From Candidatus Wukongarchaeum yapensis (GTDB lineage Archaea; Asgardarchaeota; Wukongarchaeia; Wukongarchaeales; Wukongarchaeaceae): DNA of 8,303 nt. This document shows, one piece after another, positions 1 to 5,780 of the stretch. The stretch lies in NCBI GenBank assembly GCA_016840425.1, contig JAEOSI010000088.1:1-8303 (forward strand). The letters are read 5' to 3'. The translations under genes were made by a program, and so were the position numbers. Position 1 is the stretch's first letter, and each line of letters opens with the position of its first letter. The notes beneath the pieces are model-generated. The model did no database searches. It had not been told where the DNA came from and was given only the letters and a program-made list of their open reading frames with translations.

Positions 1-1
1 T

Positions 2-256
2 TCTAACAGGTGTTTTGTAACTACTCAAAACCATGGCTTTGCAGTAAATCCTGATTCTTTGCCTGGAGATTTGGAGATTTGGTGGACTAATGCCGACGAT
101 AAAACTGTTGAGGGTATTTTTCATGAAGAAAAGCCTTGTTTTGCTGTTCAGTTTCACCCAGAACATGATCCGGGTCCAAGGGATACAGAGTTTATTTTCG
201 AAATTTTTACACGAATGATAAAGGAAAGAAAACCGTTGAAAAAGATGATGCGTTGA
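2..256 (+). CDS. carA: Carbamoyl-phosphate synthase small (glutaminase) subunit, 3' end; partial, begins before the window
   Basis: The frame is open from base 2: SNRCFVTTQNHGFAVNPDSLPGDLEIWWTNADDKTVEGIFHEEKPCFAVQFHPEHDPGPRDTEFIF. It contains the CarA motifs TxQNHGFAV, DxTVEG and QFHPExxPGPxD. Stop is TGA 254-256. The ORF-track start at 59 is internal. Confidence 0.93.
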   Translation, partial: SNRCFVTTQNHGFAVNPDSLPGDLEIWWTNADDKTVEGIFHEEKPCFAVQFHPEHDPGPRDTEFIFEIFTRMIKERKPLKKMMR

Positions 257-274
257 GAAAGAAAATATGATGTC

Positions 275-287
275 TTTTTGTTTTTTT
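275..287 (+). terminator. Possible archaeal U-rich terminator downstream of carA
   Basis: TTTTTGTTTTTTT begins 19 nt after the carA stop. Oligo-T tracts are the known archaeal intrinsic termination signal. Function is inferred only. Confidence 0.4.
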
Positions 288-307
288 ACTAAGGGAGTGT
301 GTTTTTT

Positions 308-649
308 ATGGAAAGTTCTAAGCCAAAATATGGGGATAGGATGATGGATTTAGTTAAAAAGACACGGCACTCTCAAGCCGCTGTGATGGTGGGTAAAAAG
401 GGTGTTACTCCTCGGTTAGAGGAAGAGATTGGGAGACAGCTTAAAAAACAAAAAGTTATAAAAATAAAGTTTCTAAAGAGTGTCGAAAATATAAAAGATA
501 ATATAGGAGAGACTGTGAAAGATTTAGCGGGTAAGTGTGGAGCGAATATTTTAGAAATAAGGGGGTTATCCGCTATTCTTGTCTCCAAAAAGATAAAAAC
601 AATTAAAGGAAAAAGAAAAAAACAGATCGAAAAAGAAGAATTAAAATGA
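308..649 (+). CDS. yhbY: YhbY/CRM-domain RNA-binding protein
   Basis: VMVGKKGVTPRLEEEIGRQLKKQKVIKIKFL...LEIRGLSAIL matches the CRM pattern (IGKxG...EI...L...vKvK...G..vL). It lies directly upstream of rps19e, as is typical in archaea. The start is uncertain: ATG 308 (GGGAG at 293-297), ATG 341/344 (GGGGA at 332-336) or GTG 299. Confidence 0.85.
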   Translation: MESSKPKYGDRMMDLVKKTRHSQAAVMVGKKGVTPRLEEEIGRQLKKQKVIKIKFLKSVENIKDNIGETVKDLAGKCGANILEIRGLSAILVSKKIKTIKGKRKKQIEKEELK

Positions 650-704
650 GAGGAAAATTAGGGTTATATATTAGTTGGTTTGTTTGTTTCAAGGTGTTGA
701 TGGT

Positions 705-1124
705 ATGACGTCGATATTCGATGTGCCTCCTTTAAGTTTAATTGAAGTAACGGCTGCGGCTTTAAAGGAGTATGAGACAATTAAGCCGCCTAGTTGGGCT
801 AAATTTGTGAAAACTGGGGCTCATAAAGAGAATCCTCCAGAAGATGCTGAAAATTGGTGGTTTATTAGGTGCGCTTCAATCCTTAGAAAAGTCTACGTTA
901 AGGGTCCAATAGGCCAAGAAAGGCTTAGATCGCTTTATAGCGGGAGGAAAAATAGGGGACCAAAACCCGATAAATTTGTCAAGGGAAGTGGTTCAATAAT
1001 TAGGAAAGCGTTACAACAACTTGAAGAAGCTGGTTTGTTAGAACAGACAAAAAAAGGAAGGCGCATAACGGCTGAAGGCATTTCCCTCCTCAGCAAAATA
1101 GCGGCGGAAATCGGGTCTAAATAG
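705..1124 (+). CDS. rps19e: 30S ribosomal protein eS19
   Basis: MTSIFDVP...KPPSWAKFVKTGAHKENPP...WWFIRCASILRKVY..GPIG..RL...GSGSIIRKALQQLEEAGL. ATG 705 gives the canonical N-terminus, so the ORF-track TTG 675 is too far upstream. Confidence 0.98.
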   Translation: MTSIFDVPPLSLIEVTAAALKEYETIKPPSWAKFVKTGAHKENPPEDAENWWFIRCASILRKVYVKGPIGQERLRSLYSGRKNRGPKPDKFVKGSGSIIRKALQQLEEAGLLEQTKKGRRITAEGISLLSKIAAEIGSK

Positions 1125-1177
1125 AAAGCATTAAAAACCGCTTAATAACATCTAAAAATAGGATTAAAGCTAAAAAT

Positions 1178-1191
1178 AAGAAAGTTTTAAA
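1178..1191 (+). promoter_or_regulatory. Putative BRE/TATA element for the PDCD5-like-rpl39e unit
   Basis: AAGAAAGTTTTAAA is a purine-rich BRE followed by TTTTAAA, in a 165-bp AT-rich spacer. The identical 11-mer AAAGTTTTAAA recurs at 4701-4711. Sequence resemblance only. Confidence 0.35.
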
Positions 1192-1289
1192 TTAGTAGTT
1201 TTGTTATTACCATTAGGCGATTAGGTTTTTAATACATATTTGTTATCTTTTCTATGTTTTATTCTATTGAACCGTTGTGGTGGTAGGTT

Positions 1290-1634
1290 TTGTCTGAGGA
1301 CGAAGAGCTTGAGAGGATTCGTCAAGAAAGGATGGCTGAATATCAGAAGCAGATGGAGGAAGCTGCGAGGCAGGAAGAGGCAAAACAGAGATTGGAGATG
1401 CAAAAACAATCAATTCTTAGGCAGATTTTAACCCCTGAAGCAAGATCAAGGTTAAATAATTTAAAAATAACGCCTGAGAGGACTCAACTTGCAGAACAGT
1501 TAGAGCTCTATTTGATAAATGCGTATCAAGCTGGTAGGATAACAAACAGGATAACAGATGAGCAGTTGAAAGACATATTAAGGCAGCTTGCTAAAAGAGA
1601 AAAGGAGACAAAAATCGTCTTCAAGAGAAAATAA
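1290..1634 (+). CDS. PDCD5/TFAR19-family DNA-binding protein
   Basis: MSEDEELERIRQERMAE...KQSILRQILTPEARSRLNNLK...LAEQLELYLI...G....ITDEQLKDILRQL...KETKIVFKRK is the family signature. It occupies the conserved position between rps19e and rpl39e. Start is TTG, with an in-frame TAG at 1284-1286 upstream. Confidence 0.95.
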   Translation: MSEDEELERIRQERMAEYQKQMEEAARQEEAKQRLEMQKQSILRQILTPEARSRLNNLKITPERTQLAEQLELYLINAYQAGRITNRITDEQLKDILRQLAKREKETKIVFKRK

Positions 1635-1679
1635 TAGGATTAGGAAAAAGATTGGTTTTTTGACCGAGGGAAATATAAA

Positions 1680-1838
1680 ATGGCTAGAAACAAACCTTAT
1701 GGAAAAAAGAAAAGGTTAGCAAAGGCTGAAAAAAGCAATAGCGCCGTCCCTGGCTTCATAGTAGTTGCTACAAAAGGCAAGGTTAGAACATCTCCCAAAA
1801 GAAGACAATGGCGCGGAAGAGGAAGTCTCAAAGTATGA
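1680..1838 (+). CDS. rpl39e: 50S ribosomal protein eL39 (52 aa; absent from the ORF track)
   Basis: Manual translation from ATG 1680: [52 protein letters not shown], stop TGA 1836-1838. Shows MARNKP, KKxRLAKA and PKRRxWR, in the expected synteny. Confidence 0.95.
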   Translation: MARNKPYGKKKRLAKAEKSNSAVPGFIVVATKGKVRTSPKRRQWRGRGSLKV

Positions 1839-1960
1839 AAAAATAAAAAATTAAAAATTAGAGAAATCGCCTAATAAAAACTGTTTTTAGGATTTTATTA
1901 AAAAATAGAACTAAAGGGAGAAAAGTTCGGCGCTTTTTATTTTTTAGGGGGGTATAGGTT

Positions 1961-3436
1961 TTGCCATCTGGGAAGATATTGCTTGTACAGCCACCTTATC
2001 CTCAGGAGCTAGGGTATGAGGGTTTGAATATAAGACCGCCGCCTTTGGGTATATTATACTTGGCAAGTATTTTGAGACAGGGGGGTTTTGAAGAAGTCTC
2101 TGTTTTAGACGCGAACATTTTAGGTTTAAAGCAGGAAGATTTTGCAAAAATAGTTGAATCGGAACAACCGAAAATTGTTGGGATTTCTTCCCTTACCGCT
2201 ACTTATTTTTCCGCGATACGGTTTGCAAGGGAGGCAAAAAAGATTTCTCCGGATTCTAAGGTGATTTTTGGTGGACCTCACGTTTCCTTTCTTAGTAGTG
2301 AAGTGCTTCGCTTAAATCGTTGTGTAGATTTTGTTGTTAGGGGAGAAGGGGAGAACACTTTTTTTGAGTTATGCAAAGCGCTACTTAATAGTGATTATGG
2401 AGGGGCTGTTGATGGTGGAAGAACCGATTTTCACGGGATTAGAGGTATAACTTTTAGGACGGATGGTAGGACTGTTCAGACAGAGGATCGACCTTATATT
2501 ATGGATTTGGATATTTTACCCTTTCCTGCTAGGGATCTTTTACCTTTTGATATGTATGAGACTTCTAAGGGAAGGAAAAATTTTACTACGATAATAACTT
2601 CTCGTGGATGTCCTTATGGTTGTTATTTTTGCGCTACTTCTCCTTTTTGGGGTAGAAAATGGCGAGCTAGGAAGCCTTTAAAGGTTGTTAAGGAGATGGA
2701 GGAGTGCATCAATGAATTTGGCGTTCATACTTTTTTCTTTGGCGATGATAGTTTAAATCATTCGCCTGCCCACCTTGAGAAGTTATGCGACCTTATGATA
2801 GAGAGGAGAGTGTGTGAGGAGGCAGAATGGTGGTGTCAAGCAAGAGCAGATAGGGTATCGCCTAAGCTTTTGCAAAAGATGAAGAAAGCAGGTTGTATGC
2901 TGGTTCTTTATGGGGTGGAAACAGGATCTCAAGAGGGATTGGACAAGATAGGGAAGAGGGAGGAGATTGGAACGATTAAGAGGACTTTTGAATTGACACA
3001 TAGGGTGGGCATTGAAACTATTGGCACCTTTATTTTAGGTTTGCCTTGGGATACTGAAGAGGGTATTAGGAAAACCGTAGAGTTTGCAAAAATTTTGGAC
3101 CCTGCTTATGTTCAGTTCACTATTTTTACGCCTTTGCCGGGTTCTCAAGGCTGGGAAGATATAATTAAAGAGTGTGGGTTAAAAGATGATATTGATTGGC
3201 AACGGTTCACATGGTATTCTGACCCTACTACAGTCAGTAAAGGGTTTAATCCTTGTAAAAGTATTCAAGATCTTGAAGAGATGTTGATTAGGGCTTATTT
3301 ACAGTTTTTATTTAGGAAAAAACAGCTTCCAAAGTTTGTGCTTAATCCTGTTTATCGTAGTCTTGGCAAGATAGGTATTAAGAGGATAGCTTATTACTTT
3401 TTAAGAAAACACGGGCTTATAAAAACAAAAATATAG
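1961..3436 (+). CDS. Cobalamin-binding radical SAM protein (class B / BchE-like superfamily; possibly GDGT ring synthase-like)
   Basis: The N-terminal B12-binding domain shows PPLGILYLAS, VGISS, GGPHVS and VVRGEGE. The CxxxCxxC motif SRGCPYGCYFC has its Cys codons at 2609-2632. Downstream are FxDD (FGDDS), YGVETGS, FILGLP and FTPLPGS. Start is TTG, with an in-frame TAG at 1955-1957 and no early Met. The substrate cannot be determined from the sequence. Confidence 0.92.
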   Translation: MPSGKILLVQPPYPQELGYEGLNIRPPPLGILYLASILRQGGFEEVSVLDANILGLKQEDFAKIVESEQPKIVGISSLTATYFSAIRFAREAKKISPDSKVIFGGPHVSFLSSEVLRLNRCVDFVVRGEGENTFFELCKALLNSDYGGAVDGGRTDFHGIRGITFRTDGRTVQTEDRPYIMDLDILPFPARDLLPFDMYETSKGRKNFTTIITSRGCPYGCYFCATSPFWGRKWRARKPLKVVKEMEECINEFGVHTFFFGDDSLNHSPAHLEKLCDLMIERRVCEEAEWWCQARADRVSPKLLQKMKKAGCMLVLYGVETGSQEGLDKIGKREEIGTIKRTFELTHRVGIETIGTFILGLPWDTEEGIRKTVEFAKILDPAYVQFTIFTPLPGSQGWEDIIKECGLKDDIDWQRFTWYSDPTTVSKGFNPCKSIQDLEEMLIRAYLQFLFRKKQLPKFVLNPVYRSLGKIGIKRIAYYFLRKHGLIKTKI

Positions 3437-3481
3437 GGAGAAGGGCATAAGGACAGGGCGCAATTTAGGGCTTTTAATAGA

Positions 3482-4501
3482 TTAAGCAGGTTTCACTGAA
3501 TAAGATAAAATTTTGTGGTTTTTATCAATATAGGAGTTTATGAGGAGAGAGCATATTTTAAAGCGATTTTTCATTTTTTTGTTATATAGGAGATGGGCTA
3601 TTGAGCCAACTACTTGTTTTGGATTTAGCGGGGGTTCATTGGAGATTTTGACCGTTTTTGTTTCTATTTCTGAGGCGCGGGTAAGGATTCCAACCATTTT
3701 TTTGTCATAATTCTCTTCAGTAGTTGATTTTATTTGGATTAAGAAAGCATATATCTCGGCATTATCGGTTGGGAGGTTTGGTATTATGGTTTCTGCAAAG
3801 TGTTTTAGTATTGTGCGACAACTGTTTTCGAGGTCGTGAACAACAAATCCTGTGAAGGATGTGTTTTTTATAGATAGTTCTACGTTGTTCATCGTCATAT
3901 TTTTGAAGAATTCTTGCATCCTTTTTATTCCCTTTAAGGGGTCTTTGCTATCGTATAAGAACTCTAATTTGAAGGCTATCATTGTTTCCAAGCTTTCCTC
4001 CTCTTTTCTTAGCCGTAATTCCTTGAGTTCTGAAAGTTTAAGCTCATTATTTGTTGATTCTTCGTTTTCGGTTACTCCTGAACAGTTAGAGTCATAAACC
4101 AAGTAATCTTTACAAAAATAACCGTTGATGTTAAACTCGACAATTATTGCGTCTTTTGGAGGCTTTAACCCCAATATTTTCACATCTTCTTGGGATATGA
4201 AAACAAAGGGATATTCTTGGCAGAGAAGAGGCTTTGCTATTTCATGAAGCAGGCAAAGATTGTCCTTTAAAAAATCGCAAACAAAAATTATGGTGTCATC
4301 TTCACCGCTTTCAAAGGGGAAAAAAACTTTTTTACAGAATTTTGGATTAGCAGCATGAAGCTTTTCTAAGTCTCTTATCGTGAGCTGCACCCTTATATTT
4401 TTACAACACTTGCCACATTTTATGCATTTGAAACGGGTGTTTTTTGTGGCGAAACTCGGCTTTTCTTTTATCCATATTCCACCATAAAAAGCGTGGAGCA
4501 A
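3482..4501 (-). CDS. YkgJ-family (CxxCxxCC, putative Zn/Fe-chelating) cysteine-cluster protein with long uncharacterised C-terminal region
   Basis: FKCIKCGKCC (C26, C29, C32, C33), then CDFLKDNLCLLHEIAKPLLCQEYPF, which is the C-x-FL-x4-C...(R/K)P-x2-C-x2-YPF pattern. TTG 4501 is the only canonical in-frame start before the motif, because there is an in-frame TAG at 4531-4529. Confidence 0.85.
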   Translation of the reverse strand: MLHAFYGGIWIKEKPSFATKNTRFKCIKCGKCCKNIRVQLTIRDLEKLHAANPKFCKKVFFPFESGEDDTIIFVCDFLKDNLCLLHEIAKPLLCQEYPFVFISQEDVKILGLKPPKDAIIVEFNINGYFCKDYLVYDSNCSGVTENEESTNNELKLSELKELRLRKEEESLETMIAFKLEFLYDSKDPLKGIKRMQEFFKNMTMNNVELSIKNTSFTGFVVHDLENSCRTILKHFAETIIPNLPTDNAEIYAFLIQIKSTTEENYDKKMVGILTRASEIETKTVKISNEPPLNPKQVVGSIAHLLYNKKMKNRFKICSLLINSYIDKNHKILSYSVKPA

Positions 4502-4641
4502 ACCGTTTTTGTTTAAGATTTTGACCCCCTATAACAACTAAAGCAGTCGAATTCTCCTGTTGGTGAACAAGTAAGGTTTTTAAACAAGTGTTTTATTGTA
4601 ACTTTTGTCGTTTATTACTCTTTATTTTATGATGAGTGTTT

Positions 4642-4654
4642 AAAAAGTTTTTAA
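4642..4654 (+). promoter_or_regulatory. Putative BRE/TATA element for the rpl31e-eif6-rpl18a-pfdA-ftsY unit
   Basis: AAAAAGTTTTTAA lies about 65 nt upstream of the rpl31e start in the divergent intergenic region. Several other TTTAAA candidates are nearby, so the exact site is uncertain. Confidence 0.35.
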
Positions 4655-4717
4655 CATTGGCTAGTTTGGTCTACTTGCTTTTTAAAAGTGTTTGTGTTTT
4701 AAAGTTTTAAAGGACGT

Positions 4718-5023
4718 TTGAGTACGTTGAGTGAAGAGGAAATCGAGGTTATTGAAGAAAGGGTTTATGTTGTGCCTTTCTACCCGAAGCTCAAATATGT
4801 TCCAAGGTGGCGTAGAACGCCGAGGGCTATCAGGATGCTTAGAGAGTTTGTAAAAAGGCATATGAAGGCAGAAGGCGTGATAATTTCAGAGGAGCTTAAT
4901 GAGTTTATATGGTCGAAGGGAAGTAAAAAACCGCCTAGAAAAGTTCGCGTTAAATGCAGTAAAGACAAGGAAGGGTTCGTTGAGGTTAGGCTAGCAGAAG
5001 CGGGAACCGAGATTCCTTTGTGA
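4718..5023 (+). CDS. rpl31e: 50S ribosomal protein eL31
   Basis: ERVYVVP...VPRWRRTPRAIRMLREFVKRHMKA...ISEELNEFIWSKG..KPPRKVRV. Start is TTG 4718 or TTG 4727; there is an in-frame TAA at 4700 and no early ATG. Confidence 0.97.
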   Translation: MSTLSEEEIEVIEERVYVVPFYPKLKYVPRWRRTPRAIRMLREFVKRHMKAEGVIISEELNEFIWSKGSKKPPRKVRVKCSKDKEGFVEVRLAEAGTEIPL

Positions 5024-5042
5024 GAGTATAGAGGTTGATAGG

Positions 5043-5750
5043 GTGATTTCTCTGTCCAAGGAAGTTCTTCAAGATCGAAATAGTCAGCAGATTGTAAGGC
5101 TTAATTATAAGGGATCAGAGTGTATAGGTGTTTTCTTTCTAGCTACTGAGAGTTATGCCTTAATACCTAGGGGAAGCCATGAGAGTCTGAAAGAGATTGT
5201 TGAAGAAACCCTCCAAGTGCCAGTAATTGAGACGACGGCGGGGGAAAGTTCGTTGGTAGGCGTGTTGGTCCACGGCAATTCTTATGGTATACTATTACCG
5301 CATATCGCTTCAGATGAAGAGGTAAGCTTTTTACAGCATAAACTTGGATTAAAAGTGACATTAGTCCCAACAATGTATACTGCGTTAGGTAACGTGGTTT
5401 TAGGAAACGATTATGCTACAATAGTGCATCCAAAAATGGAGAAAGAAGCGGTGAAAGTTATCGAGGAAACTCTTGAAACGCCTGTTTACAAAGCGATAAT
5501 AGGAGGAAGCCCCTTAGTAGGAGCCTATGCTGTAGCTACGAATAAGGGAGTCCTTTGCCACGTGAACTCTTCCCTTTCCGAGGTTAGGTGGCTTGCCCAA
5601 ACCTTAAAAGTTGAAGACGGTGGTGTAACGACCATAAATAGGGGTATACCTTATGTAAAGATAGGGCTTGTGGCAAACAGTGGAGGCGCCATTTGTGGTA
5701 AAACCACTACCGGACCTGAGCTTATGCGCATAAAAAGCATTCTTTTCTAA
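5043..5750 (+). CDS. eif6: Translation initiation factor 6 (aIF6/eIF6)
   Basis: IGVF, SLVGVLVHGNSYGILLP, ALGNVVLGND, VG..AVATNKG, GLVANS and TTGPELMRI. GTG start is preceded by the SD-like GAGGTTGAT (5031-5039). Synteny follows rpl31e. Confidence 0.96.
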   Translation: MISLSKEVLQDRNSQQIVRLNYKGSECIGVFFLATESYALIPRGSHESLKEIVEETLQVPVIETTAGESSLVGVLVHGNSYGILLPHIASDEEVSFLQHKLGLKVTLVPTMYTALGNVVLGNDYATIVHPKMEKEAVKVIEETLETPVYKAIIGGSPLVGAYAVATNKGVLCHVNSSLSEVRWLAQTLKVEDGGVTTINRGIPYVKIGLVANSGGAICGKTTTGPELMRIKSILF

Positions 5751-5780
5751 AAACCATGGTAAGGAGGATTTGATGGAGAA

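Noticed and set aside
152-183. CarA FHPEHDPGP instead of the usual (Y/F)HPEAxPGP
   Set aside because: The catalytic His and Glu are retained, and one neighbouring substitution in a partial gene supports no claim.
4401-4485. Out-of-frame ATGs (4485, 4475 on the minus strand) near the YkgJ start plus an A6 run, hinting at a frameshifted N-terminus
   Set aside because: The TTG-started frame is intact, TTG is the norm in this window, SD spacing to ATG 4475 is short, and no slippery-site or stimulator structure is evident.
1961-4501. Idea that the inserted pair is a mobile element or recent horizontal acquisition
   Set aside because: There is no integrase, transposase, tRNA target or flanking direct repeat, and the genes use the same TTG-start habit as their neighbours. 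A compositional difference could not be computed by eye.
4629-4635. Perfect C-box ATGATGA (also GTGATGA at 6049-6055), suggesting a C/D box sRNA
   Set aside because: No D box (CTGA) occurs within the expected 40-60 nt downstream of either. The second overlaps the pfdA SD and start region.
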